Assembly (NCBI GenBank): GCA_963720705.1 | Contig: CAVRGJ010000003.1 | Location: 33,488 to 97,487, forward strand | Length of the DNA: 64,000 nt | Direction of reading: 5' to 3' | Source of the DNA: an uncultured Alphaproteobacteria bacterium | GTDB taxonomy: Bacteria > Pseudomonadota > Alphaproteobacteria > Rhizobiales > Afifellaceae | Shown: positions 1 through 11,050 of the stretch, piece after piece | Position numbering within the stretch: the stretch's first letter is position 1 | Layout of the letters: each line of letters starts with the position of its first letter | Position numbers and translations under genes: made by a program | The notes under the pieces: model-generated | Told to the model about the DNA's origin: nothing | The model's input: only the letters and a program-made list of their open reading frames with translations | Database searches by the model: none

Positions 1-693
1 CGCCAGGCTGATCTGGCTGATCGGGTCGGGCGGGGTCAGAATCGCCGCAACGATGAAGGCGATGACGATCGCCCATTTGCGCTTTCCCTTCAGCGTCTCC
101 GTCGTGATGATCCCGGCGCGCGCAAGCAGCGTCATCAACACTGGCAGCTGGAACACCAGGCCGAACGCAAAGATCAGCGTCATGATCAGCCCGAGATATT
201 CGTTGACCTTGGGCAGAAGCTCGATCGACGCCCGCCCCGGCCCGCCGTGCTGCTCCATCGACAGGAAGAAGCGCATGGCAAGCGGCATCACCGCGAAATA
301 GACGAGCATCGCGCCGAGCGCGAAGAGGATCGGCGTCGCGATCAGGAACGGCAGGAAGGCGCGGCGCTCGTTCTTGTAGAGGCCGGGGGCGACGAACTTG
401 TAGATCTGATTGGCGATGATCGGGAATGCCAGAAACAGCGCGCCGAATAGGGCGAGCTTCATCTGCGTGAAGAAGTACTCCTGTGGCGCCGTGTAGATGA
501 GCTTGATCTCCCGCAGCGGCCCCGCAGCGCGCTCGTAGGGGATCACCAGGATGTTGAAGATGCGGCTTGCGAAGAAGAAGCAGATGATGAAGGCGATGAA
601 GATCGCGATCATCGCGCGCATCAGCCGCTTCCTGAGCTCGATCAGATGCTCGATGAGCGGCGCCTTCGATGCCTCGATGTCGTCCTCGCTCAT
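1..693 (-). CDS. tatC: Sec-independent (Tat) translocase subunit TatC, C-terminal end cut by window edge
   Basis: Reverse translation from ATG at 693..691 gives MSEDDIEASKAPLIEHLIELRKRL... followed by multi-pass hydrophobic segments. ATGA overlap with the tatB stop. Frame is open to position 1. Confidence 0.85.
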   Translation of the reverse strand, partial: MSEDDIEASKAPLIEHLIELRKRLMRAMIAIFIAFIICFFFASRIFNILVIPYERAAGPLREIKLIYTAPQEYFFTQMKLALFGALFLAFPIIANQIYKFVAPGLYKNERRAFLPFLIATPILFALGAMLVYFAVMPLAMRFFLSMEQHGGPGRASIELLPKVNEYLGLIMTLIFAFGLVFQLPVLMTLLARAGIITTETLKGKRKWAIVIAFIVAAILTPPDPISQISLA

Positions 694-1103
694 GCCGCGT
701 CGCTCCCGTGCGCGGGCGTCGGCGCGCCGGTCTTCACCGGCTCGGCTGCGTGCGGATGCTCGCCGGTCGGCTCCGGCTCGGGCGACGGCGCGGGAACCGG
801 CGCGGACGAAGACGCGACAACCGGCTTCTCCGCCGCGCGCATCGTCGCGTCGAGATCCTTCTTGACGTCGCTCAGAGGCTTCGCCGCCTCGGTGATCTGC
901 TTCTTCGCGTCCTCAAGACCGGCTTCGCGCTCCGCCTCGCGCAGCGCTTCGTCGAATTGGCGCTTGAAGTCGTTCGCGGTGCGCCGCACCTGGCCCATCG
1001 TCTTGCCGAAGGTCCGCAGCATGCGCGGCAGGTCCTTCGGACCGACCACGATGATCGCGACCGCCGCGATGACGAGGATCTCGCTCCAACCGACGTCGAA
1101 CAT
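690..1103 (-). CDS. tatB: Tat translocase subunit TatB
   Basis: 137 aa ORF. MFDVGWSEILVIAAVAIIVVGPKDLP N-terminal TM plus amphipathic helix typical of TatA/B. Sits between tatA and tatC. Confidence 0.9.
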   Translation of the reverse strand: MFDVGWSEILVIAAVAIIVVGPKDLPRMLRTFGKTMGQVRRTANDFKRQFDEALREAEREAGLEDAKKQITEAAKPLSDVKKDLDATMRAAEKPVVASSSAPVPAPSPEPEPTGEHPHAAEPVKTGAPTPAHGSDAA

Positions 1104-1127
1104 CGTTTAGGCCTGGCGCGTCGGCGC

Positions 1128-1352
1128 TCAGCTCACTTTGCTCTTCTTCTCGGCGGGCTCCGACGCCATCGGCTGCGCCGGATCGTGGTCGATCGTGTGC
1201 GGCTTCGCATCGTCGTCCTCGGCCATGCCCTTCTTGAAGGATTTGATGCCCTTCGCCACGTCGCCCATCAGATCGGAAATCTTGCCGCGCCCGAAAAGCA
1301 CCATGACGAGCAGGAGCACGATGATCCAATGCCAAATCGATAAACTACCCAT
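1128..1352 (-). CDS. tatA: Tat translocase subunit TatA
   Basis: [42 protein letters not shown] is a classic TatA signature. The ATG at 1352 with an upstream GGAG is preferred over the TTG at 1364 used in the ORF track. Confidence 0.9.
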   Translation of the reverse strand: MGSLSIWHWIIVLLLVMVLFGRGKISDLMGDVAKGIKSFKKGMAEDDDAKPHTIDHDPAQPMASEPAEKKSKVS

Positions 1353-1441
1353 ATCGGTCTCCAAAACCCCCGCTTGTCGCCTGTTACGCCGGCTGCGGCC
1401 GGACTATTGCAAATCGGCCCCTCGCCTTCAATCGCAAGGCT

Positions 1442-2546
1442 TTAGCCGCTTTCCGGGAAAATAAGCACGTCACGTTCATCGAAGCTTACGCTGACATCCG
1501 CTCCTGGCGCGAGCCCGTCGCCGGCGCGCGCCTTGGCGAGGAGATAGGTCTCAAGCCCCTCCACCGCCACTTCGAATAGCTCCACCTCGCCGAGGAAATA
1601 GCGCGTGCGGATGCGCCCTGGCGTGCCCTTTGCGCTGTCGCCGGCCCGCGTCAGAAGGACGCCGCGCGGCCTGACGGCGACTACGACGGACGCGCCTTCC
1701 GAATGCCCGCCGCAGCGAAATTCGGCGATCTGCGTCACCACGCGCCCGGAAGCGACCGCGCCAGGAAGCTCGTTCAGCGCGCTGAAGAAGCGCGCCGCAA
1801 AGAGGCTTTGCGGACGGTCGTAGAGGTCCTCGGCCAAGCCCTCCTGCACGATCTTGCCGCCGCGCATCAGCACGATCCGATCGGCCATGCGCATCGCCTC
1901 TTCCGGGTCGTGCGTGACGATGACCGCGGTCGCGCCCGCCTCGCGCAGCACCGAAAGCGTGTCGGCGCGCACGCTGTCTCTGAGCCGGCTGTCGAGGCCG
2001 GAGAACGGCTCGTCCATGAGGAGCACGCCCGGCCGCGGCACGATGGCGCGCGCAAGCGCCACGCGCTGCTGCTCGCCGCCGGAGATTTCGTGCGGATAGG
2101 AATCGGCGAGATGAAGCAGCCCGACACGGTCGAGCGCCGCCCGCGCTTCGTCGGCACGCGCCCGCCGGTCGAGCGCGGTCAGCCCGAACATCACGTTCTT
2201 CAACACGGTCAGGTGCGGGAAGAGCGCGTAGTCCTGAAACATGAGCCCGACGGAGCGCTTCTCCGGCGGCACGAAAACCGTCGGCGACGCGACCTCGCGG
2301 CCGTCGAGGAGCACGCGGCCCGAGGTCGGCGCGTCGACGCCGGCGGCGATCGCGAAGGAGTGTCGTCTTGCCGCAACCCGACTGGCCCAGCAGCGCCACG
2401 ACCTCGCCCGGCGTGACATCAAGGTCGACGTCGTCGAGCGCCGTCACGCGTCCGAAGCGCCGCGTCACCTTCTCGAGCGTGAGCCTTGAGGCAATCGTCG
2501 CGGCGGCGCGGCGGCGTTGCCGCTCGGCCGGAAGAAGGGAAACCAT
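1442..2546 (-). pseudogene. Orphan ABC transporter ATP-binding protein (FbpC/PotA-like with C-terminal TOBE-like part), frame disrupted near 2351-2354
   Basis: Walker A ([14 protein letters not shown]) is in the frame of ORF 1551..2546. The rest ([18 protein letters not shown]-loop [35 protein letters not shown]) is in the frame of ORF 1442..2422. No permease or binding-protein gene is adjacent. Confidence 0.75.
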
Positions 2547-2588
2547 GCGCCGGGCTTATGGGCCGCCCGGGGAAATGCGGCAAGCCAC

Positions 2589-3344
2589 CTAGTCGTCGCG
2601 GTCGTCGGGCTCGGTTAACTCGGCAGCGCCCTCATCCGGCTCGGCTTCTGCCTCGTCGTCAGGCTCCGTTGCGCCGTATTCGTCGAAATCCGGCTCAAGC
2701 GGATCTTCGTCCGGAGCGAGTTCCGGGTTGTCGTTCGGGGCCGGCAGGTCGTCGCCGGGCATGGCGAGCGACTCGATCAGCCCGGCCGCCTTCAAATCCG
2801 CGAGGCCGGGAAGATCGCCGATCGATTCAAGTCCGAAATGGTCGAGGAACCCGGGCGTCGTGCCGAACGTCACAGGGCGGCCCGGCGTGCGCCGGCGGCC
2901 GCGCAGTCTGATCCAGCCCGCCTCAAGCAGCACGTCGAGCGTGCCGCGCGACACCGCGACACCGCGCACGTCCTCGATCTCGGCGCGCGTCACCGGCTGA
3001 TGATAGGCGATGATGGCAAGCGTCTCGACTGCAGCGCGCGAAAGCTTCTTCTCTTGCACCACGTCACGCCGCAGGACGAACGCAAGATCCTGCGCCGTGC
3101 GAAAGGCCCAGCGGTCGTCGGTGCGGCGGAGATTGACCCCCCGCCCTGCATATGCCGCCTGCAATTCGTGCAGCAGCGCGTCGAGATCGACGCCGTCCGG
3201 CATGCGCAATTCGATCTCCGCGCGCGACAACGGCTCGGCGGCGGCGAAGAGGATCGCCTCCAGCATTCTGAGATGCAGACGCTGATCCTCCGGCGCGAGG
3301 CTGCGCACGTTGGTCGCGTCCCAGGCGGCGGCCGCCTCAGCCAT
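2589..3344 (-). CDS. scpB: Segregation and condensation protein B
   Basis: LEAILFAAAEPLSRAEIE... and ETLAIIAYHQPVTRAEIEDVRGV motifs, acidic C-terminal tail. ATG at 3344 overlaps the scpA stop by 8 nt. Confidence 0.85.
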   Translation of the reverse strand: MAEAAAAWDATNVRSLAPEDQRLHLRMLEAILFAAAEPLSRAEIELRMPDGVDLDALLHELQAAYAGRGVNLRRTDDRWAFRTAQDLAFVLRRDVVQEKKLSRAAVETLAIIAYHQPVTRAEIEDVRGVAVSRGTLDVLLEAGWIRLRGRRRTPGRPVTFGTTPGFLDHFGLESIGDLPGLADLKAAGLIESLAMPGDDLPAPNDNPELAPDEDPLEPDFDEYGATEPDDEAEAEPDEGAAELTEPDDRDD

Positions 3345-4170
3345 TCGCCGCCTCCTGCATCGGCATTGCATCTTCCTTCGCGCGCCTGCGGACGTAGAGC
3401 GGGGCGAAGGGCGCGTTCTGTTTCAACTCCACTTCTCCCTCGCGTACCAGCTCAAGGCTCGCCGAGAACGTGCTCGCGCGCGCCGTCGCGCGCAGCTCCG
3501 GCTTGGCGAGATATTCGACCAGGTAGGAATCGAGCAGCTCCCATTGCGGCGTTGCGCCGATCATGCGCATCAGCCGCTCGCGCGCATCCTGCAAGGTGAA
3601 CACAAGGCGCTCGGGAAGCGTGACGCGGCCGGCGACGCTGCGCAGCCTGAGCGTCGCGTAAGCGGAGAGCAGTTCGTAGAGCCGCGCGTCCCACGCGATG
3701 CGCATGTTGACCGACAGTGGCTCCGGCGCTCCGCGCGCGAAAACGTCAATACCGAGCCGCGCCGAGCTCATCAGGCGACGGCCCGCCTCACGGATCGCCT
3801 CAAGGTGCCTGAGCCGGCGCGCGAGCGCCGCGGCAAGCTCCTCCCCGCTCGGCTCTTCGTCTTCTTCCGCGGGCGGAAGCAGGAGGCGTGATTTCAGGTA
3901 TGCAAGCCACGCCGCCATGACGAGATAGTCGGCGGCGATCTCAAGGCGCAGCCGTCGCGCGGCCTCGATGAACTTGAGATACTGCTCGGCGAGCGCCAGG
4001 ATCGAGATCTTGGCAAGGTCCACCTTCTGATCGCGCGCAAGCTGCAGCAGGAGGTCGAGTGGTCCTTCGAAGCCGGCAACGTCGACGACGAGACGCTCGT
4101 CGTCGCCGAGCCGACGCTCCTCGAACTCGAAAGCGCTCGCATCGGCTGTTTCGACCGCAAGCCCGTTCAT
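3337..4170 (-). CDS. scpA: Segregation and condensation protein A (kleisin)
   Basis: 277 aa. VDVAGFEGPLDLLLQLARDQKVDLAKISILALAEQYL is the typical ScpA N-terminus. Operonic with scpB. Confidence 0.85.
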   Translation of the reverse strand: MNGLAVETADASAFEFEERRLGDDERLVVDVAGFEGPLDLLLQLARDQKVDLAKISILALAEQYLKFIEAARRLRLEIAADYLVMAAWLAYLKSRLLLPPAEEDEEPSGEELAAALARRLRHLEAIREAGRRLMSSARLGIDVFARGAPEPLSVNMRIAWDARLYELLSAYATLRLRSVAGRVTLPERLVFTLQDARERLMRMIGATPQWELLDSYLVEYLAKPELRATARASTFSASLELVREGEVELKQNAPFAPLYVRRRAKEDAMPMQEAANG

Positions 4171-5189
4171 GCAAGAGCCTGATCGAGCAGGAACTGGAAG
4201 CGGCTTTCAAGCGCCTGCCGTTCCGCTGCCTCGGGCTGGCGGCGGACGGCAAGCGCGGCTTCGCAGCGCCGCAGGGCTTCGTCCGCAAGCTCCGGCACGC
4301 CCTCCGCGATCGCCTTCATCTCTTCCATCTGGCCGTTGCAGTGGAGAACGAGGTCGCAGCCCGCGGCGATCGCCCGCTCCGCACGGCTGCGCGGCTCGCC
4401 GGAAAGCGCGCCCATCGAAATGTCGTCCGTCATCAACGCCCCGTCAAAGCCGATTCGCCCGCGGATGATGTTACCAATGACGTTGCTGGAAAAGGTTGCC
4501 GGGGCGCCGTCATCAACGTCTAAAAACACGACATGCGCGGTCATGCCGAGCGGCGAGCGCTTGGCGAGCAACCGAAAGGGCGTGAAATCCTGCGCTTCGA
4601 GCTCCGCCATCGTGGCATCGACCTGGGGCATGTCGCGATGACTGTCGACGGTCGCCCGCCCGTGCCCGGGCATGTGTTTGACGACGGGGAGCACGCCGCT
4701 TGCGAGGAGCCCGTCGATCTGCGCTCCGCCGAGGGTCGCGACCGCGTCGACGGTTCCGCCAAGTGCACGGTCGCTGATTGCGGGCGTACCGCCTTCCACG
4801 GGAATGTCGAGCACCGGCATGCAGTTCACGCTAATGCCGAGCGCGATCAGGTCGAGACCGATGAGCTTCGCGCCGAGGAATGCGGCTTCGACGCCTGAAA
4901 GCGGATTGCGACGATAAAGCCGGCCATAGACGGGGCCGGCCGGATAGGCGCGAAGATGCGGCTGCCCGATGCGCTGCACGCGCCCGCCCTCCTGGTCGAT
5001 CAGCACAGGCGCGTCCTCGCGCTGCAACGCCTCGCGCACCGCCGCGCAGAGCACGCCGATCTGGTGCGGGTTCTCCACGTTCCTGGCAAAAAGAATGACG
5101 CCCCACGGTCGCGCCTCGCGCAGGAAGGCCGCCTCGTCTTCCGAAAGCACCGTCCCGGAAAGACCGCAAATAAACGCGCGCGAAGCCAC
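4167..5189 (-). CDS. nagZ: Beta-N-acetylhexosaminidase (GH3, peptidoglycan recycling)
   Basis: 340 aa. KHMPGHGRATVDSHRDMP catalytic region and ALMTDDISMGAL motif of NagZ. Confidence 0.85.
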   Translation of the reverse strand: MASRAFICGLSGTVLSEDEAAFLREARPWGVILFARNVENPHQIGVLCAAVREALQREDAPVLIDQEGGRVQRIGQPHLRAYPAGPVYGRLYRRNPLSGVEAAFLGAKLIGLDLIALGISVNCMPVLDIPVEGGTPAISDRALGGTVDAVATLGGAQIDGLLASGVLPVVKHMPGHGRATVDSHRDMPQVDATMAELEAQDFTPFRLLAKRSPLGMTAHVVFLDVDDGAPATFSSNVIGNIIRGRIGFDGALMTDDISMGALSGEPRSRAERAIAAGCDLVLHCNGQMEEMKAIAEGVPELADEALRRCEAALAVRRQPEAAERQALESRFQFLLDQALA

Positions 5190-5207
5190 GCTATGCCTGG
5201 GGCGATC

Positions 5208-7475
5208 TTATTGTGTGACGAAGCAGTTGCCGCCCGCCGTCTTCAGCGACTCGCAAACATTGATCGCGTCGTCGCGCGATGCCCATGGACCGACACGGAC
5301 ACGGTAATAAATCCCCTTCGTCCCCAGGTCGGCTTCCTGAATGACCGGATTCAGATTTCCGAGGACGGAAGGGTAGTGCTTCTGCAGATCGGCATAGGCC
5401 GACTGCGCCTGGTCCATGCTCCGCTGCGAGCTGACCTGTACGAGGTAGCCGTCGCCGACAGCCGCCGGCGCCGCCGCGGTGGCATCCGCGCTGGCAAGAA
5501 GATTAACCGGCGCGCTTGATGGCGGTGAGGCGCGCGGGGGCTTCGCCGGGGCGGCGGCAACGTCGGTCGAATCCTCGATCGCCGGACGCGGTGTCATTGC
5601 GTCTTCCACCGCAGGCGGCAGCGACGCCTCCGAACTCGCAGGCGCAGCGGTGCTGCCCGAGCTCGCAGATGCATCCGCCGCCGGCGCCTCAGGTTCCGCG
5701 GCCGCCGTCTCTTGTGCCGCCGGGGCCTGTTCGGTCGTTGCGGGTTCGCCTTCGGCCGGGCTGTTTGCGACGATCGAGCCATCCGGGCGGACCGTGAAGG
5801 TCGGAACGCGGCGCGGTCCGATCTCGTCCGTCGATCCGGTCGAGGCGGAGGAGCCCGTCGTGGAAGGTTCTTCGCCAACCGGACGAACGACTGCGTCGTC
5901 TCCCCCAGACTGCGCCTGCGGCAGTACTATCCGCGCGACCTCGCGCGGCTCCTCGGCGTTGTCGACGACCTGCTCGTTGCTTGTGCTCGCGGGCGCGTTG
6001 CCGGCGACGCGATTGTAGACAGCGTCTCCGGTCGTGTCGCTTTCCGTCGACGCCTGATCTGCCGGCGGCGTGACTTTCACCGGTCCTTCGTCGGCTGCGA
6101 TCACAGGCGGCGGCGCGGCCGGTCCTGTCTCCGTCGAACGCAGGAAGAGCGCGCCTGCCCCGCCTATCAGCACAACGACGATCACGCCTGCGATCGTGAC
6201 GAGTGCGGTCCGCGCTCCCTTGCTACGCTGAGCGGCCTGAGCGCGGGCCGCGGCGGCGCGGCGGCTGGCGCCGGCTGCGACCGCTGCCGCGACCTTCGGC
6301 TCGTCGGTGCTCGCGGTGTCGCCGCTCTGCCATTGTCTGCCGTACGAGGAGTCTTCGAAGTCCGATTCCAGAGCTTGCGCCAGCCTCGCGTTGATGGCCG
6401 CGCGCCCCTCTTCGTCCTCGTCGCGATCCTGATCTTCCTGGTCCTGCGCCACAGGCCCCTCTTCAAATTCCGGGAATGCGTCCGCGATGCGCCGACGCCG
6501 GGCCGCCTCGCCCGCAGAGCGAGCGGCGGCGGCCTCGCGCACCGGCTCCGCCTCAACGAACGGGTCGTGTGCTCTGCTGCTCCTTCCGGAAGGCGCGAAG
6601 AGATCGGCGTCCGACTCCTCATCGCCAAAGCCCGGCAGGCTTTCGATGCGCCGGATGGGAGGCTCGTCGGCCTGAAGATGTTCACGCTGGGCGGCGGGTG
6701 ACGGCGTGCGGTTGTTCTCGGGCACCGGCCGTTCCCAATCCGCGCTTGCCGGCCCGCGGAAGCGGTAGTCAGCGCGCAGCGGCGGCGCCGGCAACGTGTC
6801 CGGCTCCTCCCAAGTGCCTTCGGTGGAACTCGGCACCTCTTCCTCGTCATCGTCGAGCGGACGCAAGAGCGACACGCGCGGGCTCTGCCACCTATCTTTG
6901 GGCCGTGCCTCCGGCACCGGCTCTTCGTCGAGGGCAGCAAAACGCTCCTCTTCGATGCCGGCGTCGTCGCCCGCCTGCGGCTCTCGCTCTTCCGCTGCCG
7001 GCGGCTCGAATGCCGATTCGAAGTCCGCAGTCGTCGCGGCAAGACGCTCCGCCTGCCGGCGCTCGAACTGGCCAAGCTGCTCTTCGATCGAGCGCAAAAG
7101 ATCGTCGGGGTCGTGCTCTGCCTCGACTCGCGCACGTGGTTGAGGCGGCGGAGCGGATGCACGCGGGCTCGTCGCGGGTGCCGGCGGCTGGCGCGGGCTG
7201 GCAGGCCGCGGCGGCGTTACGGGCTGTGCCTCGCGGCCGCCGAGCGAGTTTTCCAACTCCTGAAGAAGCTCGGCTTCCAAACCGTCGGCGTAGCTGCTGC
7301 GCTGGGTCGCTTCGTTCCGGTTCATCTTGGGCTTCTCTGTCTTGGGCGTGGCAAATCCGCCGTCCTCGCTGACGATGCGCGCGAGTTCGATCAGCGGATC
7401 TTCTTCCGCTTCAAAATTGCCGTGGTCGGGTACCGCGCCTGGAGCCCGGCTCGACCTTGGATCGCTACCAGCCAT
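5208..7475 (-). CDS. SPOR domain-containing protein with long acidic/Pro-rich disordered region and one TM segment
   Basis: 755 aa. The C-terminal ~80 aa (GYLVQVSSQRSMDQAQSAYADL...YYRVRVGPWASRDDAINVCESLK) match the SPOR fold pattern. Central TM is ALVTIAGVIVVVLIGGAGALFL. Confidence 0.8.
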   Translation of the reverse strand: MAGSDPRSSRAPGAVPDHGNFEAEEDPLIELARIVSEDGGFATPKTEKPKMNRNEATQRSSYADGLEAELLQELENSLGGREAQPVTPPRPASPRQPPAPATSPRASAPPPQPRARVEAEHDPDDLLRSIEEQLGQFERRQAERLAATTADFESAFEPPAAEEREPQAGDDAGIEEERFAALDEEPVPEARPKDRWQSPRVSLLRPLDDDEEEVPSSTEGTWEEPDTLPAPPLRADYRFRGPASADWERPVPENNRTPSPAAQREHLQADEPPIRRIESLPGFGDEESDADLFAPSGRSSRAHDPFVEAEPVREAAAARSAGEAARRRRIADAFPEFEEGPVAQDQEDQDRDEDEEGRAAINARLAQALESDFEDSSYGRQWQSGDTASTDEPKVAAAVAAGASRRAAAARAQAAQRSKGARTALVTIAGVIVVVLIGGAGALFLRSTETGPAAPPPVIAADEGPVKVTPPADQASTESDTTGDAVYNRVAGNAPASTSNEQVVDNAEEPREVARIVLPQAQSGGDDAVVRPVGEEPSTTGSSASTGSTDEIGPRRVPTFTVRPDGSIVANSPAEGEPATTEQAPAAQETAAAEPEAPAADASASSGSTAAPASSEASLPPAVEDAMTPRPAIEDSTDVAAAPAKPPRASPPSSAPVNLLASADATAAAPAAVGDGYLVQVSSQRSMDQAQSAYADLQKHYPSVLGNLNPVIQEADLGTKGIYYRVRVGPWASRDDAINVCESLKTAGGNCFVTQ

Positions 7476-7525
7476 ACAATAAACCTCAACCTAGCTTACC
7501 GTGGGTTCGCCGAGGTTTCACCCCA

Positions 7526-9289
7526 TTAATGCATCTCCTCCGGCGCCTCAACTCCGAGGACCTGCAACCCAAAACTGAGCACCAATCCGACCGCCGTAAC
7601 GAGACCCATTCGGGCGCGGCTCAGCGCAACGTCATCCGGTCGAATAAAGCGCAATTGCGGCAGTTCCTTGCCCCTATTCCAATGCGTGTGGAAGACGCTG
7701 GCGAGGTCGTGGAGGTAGAACGCGACCCGATGCGGTTCGTGGCTACGGGCTGCAATCTCAAGGGTACGGGGCCAATCCGCCATCACGCGAACGAGGCTCC
7801 GTTCGCCTTCATCCGCCAGGAGTTGGAAGTCGCCGGCGGCAAGTGAGTCGGCGTCAAGCGCCGTTCCGGGCAGCTCTCCAACGGCCTGCCGCCGGACGGA
7901 AGCGGTCCGCGCGTGGGCGTATTGCACGTAGAAGACCGGATTGTCCTTCGACTGCTGCTGAACGGCTGAAAAATCGAAGTCGAGCGGCGCGTCGGCCTTG
8001 CGGAAGAGCATCATGAAGCGGACGGAGCCCGCCCCCACTTCCTCGACGACCTCGCGCAGCGTGACGAGGTCGCCGGAGCGTTTCGACATGACGACCGGCT
8101 CCCCGGCGCGGAACAGCTTCACGAGCTGGCAGAAGAGGATTTCAAGGGCGGCCTCGCCGTCGCTCATCGCCGTCACGGCCGCCTTCATGCGCTTCGGGTA
8201 GCCGCCGTGATCTGCGCCGAGCACGTCGATCATCTTACGGAACCCGCGCAGGTACTTGTCGTAGTGGTAGGCGATGTCGGACGCGAAGTAGGTGTAGCTC
8301 CCGTCCGATTTCAGGAGCGGGCGGTCGACATCGTCGCCAAAATCGGTGGATCGGAAGAGCGTCTGCTCGCGGTCCTCCCAATCTTCGGGAAGCTGACCCT
8401 TCGGCGGCGGCAGCTTGCCGCGATAGATCAAATCCTTCTCGGCGAGCGCGGCGATCGCCTCGGCGACGCGGTCGGTGCTGCCGCCTTTCAGCGACCGCTC
8501 GGAGAAGAAGACATCGTGGTGGACGCCGAGGAGATCGAGATCGGATTGGATCATCGCCATCATGGCTTCGACCGCACGTTCGCGCACGACCGGCAGCCAT
8601 TCCGCCGTCTGCAATTGCAGGAGTCCGTTTCCGAACTCTTCCTTCAGCGCCGCCCCGACCGGCTTCAGGTAGTCGCCCGGGTAAAGCCCGCTCGGGATAT
8701 CGCCGATCGTTTCACCGAGCGCCTCGCGGTAGCGGAGATACACGGAGCGGGCGAGTGCGTCGACCTGGGCGCCCGCGTCGTTGATGTAATATTCGCGCGT
8801 CACGGCATGGCCGGTCGCCGCGAGCAGATTGGCAAGCGCGTCGCCGACCACCGCGCCGCGGCAATGGCCGACATGCATCGGGCCGGTCGGGTTGGCGGAA
8901 ACGTATTCGACGTTCACCTTGGTGCCGCGGCCTAAGTCGGAGCGGCCATATGCGCTGCCGGCTTGCAGGATCGCGGCGACCTCTGCCGCCCAGAAGGCAT
9001 CGGTCAGGCGCAGATTGACGAAGCCTGGTCCCGCCACCTGGACCGACGCGACGTCGGGATCTGCTTCGAGCCTCGCGGCGAGCCTAAGCGCAAGTTCGCG
9101 CGGCTTTGCCGAGAGCGGCTTCGCAAGCACCATGGCTGCGTTTGTCGCGACGTCGCCATGCGTCGGATCGCGCGGGGGCTCGGCCGAGATGCGCTGCAAC
9201 GCGTCGCCGGCGGCCTCGATTCCCGCTGCGCCGATGACGCTTTCGACGGCGGCCCTGATCCGCTGCTCGAACACACTGAAGAGGTTCAT
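7526..9289 (-). CDS. argS: Arginine--tRNA ligase
   Basis: 587 aa. HIGH-type motif [18 protein letters not shown] (KMSKS-like), canonical length. Confidence 0.95.
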   Translation of the reverse strand: MNLFSVFEQRIRAAVESVIGAAGIEAAGDALQRISAEPPRDPTHGDVATNAAMVLAKPLSAKPRELALRLAARLEADPDVASVQVAGPGFVNLRLTDAFWAAEVAAILQAGSAYGRSDLGRGTKVNVEYVSANPTGPMHVGHCRGAVVGDALANLLAATGHAVTREYYINDAGAQVDALARSVYLRYREALGETIGDIPSGLYPGDYLKPVGAALKEEFGNGLLQLQTAEWLPVVRERAVEAMMAMIQSDLDLLGVHHDVFFSERSLKGGSTDRVAEAIAALAEKDLIYRGKLPPPKGQLPEDWEDREQTLFRSTDFGDDVDRPLLKSDGSYTYFASDIAYHYDKYLRGFRKMIDVLGADHGGYPKRMKAAVTAMSDGEAALEILFCQLVKLFRAGEPVVMSKRSGDLVTLREVVEEVGAGSVRFMMLFRKADAPLDFDFSAVQQQSKDNPVFYVQYAHARTASVRRQAVGELPGTALDADSLAAGDFQLLADEGERSLVRVMADWPRTLEIAARSHEPHRVAFYLHDLASVFHTHWNRGKELPQLRFIRPDDVALSRARMGLVTAVGLVLSFGLQVLGVEAPEEMH

Positions 9290-9350
9290 GGAGATTCCCG
9301 CGGCGGCGACCCGCGTCCGGGAGCAATGCCGCTTCTATCCGGCCCGCGCC

Positions 9351-10580
9351 CTAGCCGAGATCGGGCGTGTCGTCAAACAGACGCTGGTGCTCGGCAACCG
9401 CGTAGCGGTCGGTCATTCCCGCGATGTAGTCGGCGACGCGCCGCGCCACGGCGAGCGTATCGTGGCGCTCAAGCCCCTCGCCCCAGTCGTCCGGCATCCG
9501 CACCGGATCGGCGAACAGCGCCTCGAAGAGGTCTGCGACAAGCGCTTCGGCGAGCCGGACCGGCCGCATGACCGCCTCGTTGCGGTAGACGTTTTCGGTC
9601 AGGAAGCGCTTCAGCGCTGGCTCCGCGCGCACCAGTTCCCGCGAGAAGCCGACGAGCGGCTTCCCAACACGCCGCACCGCTTCGGCGCTGTCGACCCCCG
9701 CCTCCTCGATGCGCCGGCTCGTCTCGACCAGGACGTCGAGGATCATCGCGGTGATTGTCCGCCGCACCAGCTCGTGCACCACCCGCGCGGGATCGAGACC
9801 CGGAAACGCCGCGTTGATTTCTGCGAGGATCGGCGCCGTCAGCGGCTGGTCTTCAAGGTCGGACAGGTGGATAAGCCCGGCTCGGAGCCCGTCCTCTATG
9901 TCGTGGCAGTCGTAGGCGATGTCGTCGGCGAGCGCCGCGACCTGCGCCTCAAGGCCCGCGAAGAGGTGAAGCTCAAGATCCTGCCGCTCCTGGAACGCGC
10001 GGATCGCGTAAGGGAGCTTGGCGCCGGCGTAGACCCCGGCCGGCCTGCCGGCTGAATCGAGGATCGGGCCGTTGTGCTTCACCAGCCCCTCGTGCGTCTC
10101 GAAGGTGAGATTCAGCCCGTCGAAGAGCGCGTAGCGATGCTCAAGCTCGCTGACAACACGCAGGCTCTGCGCGTTGTGATCGAAGCCTTCATAGGCCGAA
10201 AGCGCCTCGTCGAGGGCGCGCTCTCCAGCATGGCCGAAGGGCGGATGACCGAGATCATGGGCGAGCGCCAGTGCCTCCGCCAAGTCTTCGTCGAGCCCGA
10301 GCGGGCGGGCGATCGAGCGGGCGATCTGCGCGACCTCGAGCGTGTGGATGAGCCGCGTGCGGAAATGGTCGCCCTCGTGCTGGATGAAGACCTGCGTCTT
10401 GTGCTTGAGCCGCCGGAAGGCGTTTGAATGGATGATGCGGTCGCGGTCGCGCTGGAAGGGCGAGCGGAGCGGGTCCTCGGGCTCCGCGTGGATGCGGCCG
10501 CGCGAGGCGGCGGGGTCGGTGGCGTAAGGGGCGCGCCGCCGCTCGCCGTGGCGAAGGAGCTTGCGCGGCAGCTCGACCAT
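9351..10580 (-). CDS. dGTP triphosphohydrolase-like HD-domain protein
   Basis: 409 aa. [26 protein letters not shown] and [13 protein letters not shown]...[13 protein letters not shown] motifs. Confidence 0.85.
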   Translation of the reverse strand: MVELPRKLLRHGERRRAPYATDPAASRGRIHAEPEDPLRSPFQRDRDRIIHSNAFRRLKHKTQVFIQHEGDHFRTRLIHTLEVAQIARSIARPLGLDEDLAEALALAHDLGHPPFGHAGERALDEALSAYEGFDHNAQSLRVVSELEHRYALFDGLNLTFETHEGLVKHNGPILDSAGRPAGVYAGAKLPYAIRAFQERQDLELHLFAGLEAQVAALADDIAYDCHDIEDGLRAGLIHLSDLEDQPLTAPILAEINAAFPGLDPARVVHELVRRTITAMILDVLVETSRRIEEAGVDSAEAVRRVGKPLVGFSRELVRAEPALKRFLTENVYRNEAVMRPVRLAEALVADLFEALFADPVRMPDDWGEGLERHDTLAVARRVADYIAGMTDRYAVAEHQRLFDDTPDLG

Positions 10581-10701
10581 CCGCCTCCCCTCGCCCCGGA
10601 AAATGCCCGAGAACCGCCGGCCGCGCCGGCCTTCAACGCGATTGACTACCGGTCCCGGCGTTCTTAGCTACAATGGAGATCGGAGCAAGAGCGGAAGAAT
10701 C

Positions 10702-11037
10702 ATGGACAAGCAGAGCGTCACGCTTTCCGACAGCGCCGTTCGCCGGATCGCCAAGATTCTGGCCGCCGAGCCGGCCGGCACGGCGCTTCGCGTCAGCGTC
10801 GAGGGCGGCGGCTGTTCGGGCTTTCAGTACCGCTACGACCTGGTCCAAGAGCCACCGGCGGCGGACGATGTCGTTCTTGCCCGCGACGGCGCCAAGGTGC
10901 TGATCGACGCAGTCTCGCTCGACTACATGGGCGGCTCGGAGATCGACTTCGTCGACGATCTGATCGGCCAGTCCTTTCAGATCAAGAACCCGCTCGCCGT
11001 CGCCGCTTGCGGCTGCGGCACGAGCTTCTCGGTCTAA
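10702..11037 (+). CDS. erpA: Iron-sulfur cluster insertion protein (HesB/IscA/ErpA family)
   Basis: 111 aa from the ATG at 10702. GGGCSGFQY and the C-terminal CGCGTSF cysteine motif. The upstream extension in the ORF track (from 10561) looks non-coding. Confidence 0.85.
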   Translation: MDKQSVTLSDSAVRRIAKILAAEPAGTALRVSVEGGGCSGFQYRYDLVQEPPAADDVVLARDGAKVLIDAVSLDYMGGSEIDFVDDLIGQSFQIKNPLAVAACGCGTSFSV

Positions 11038-11050
11038 CCCGAACGAACCC

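Noticed and set aside
5208-7475. Low-complexity acidic/Pro/Ala-rich region of the SPOR protein, considered as a tandem-repeat array
   Set aside because: There is no clear periodic nucleotide repeat. This is compositional bias typical of disordered linkers in SPOR proteins.
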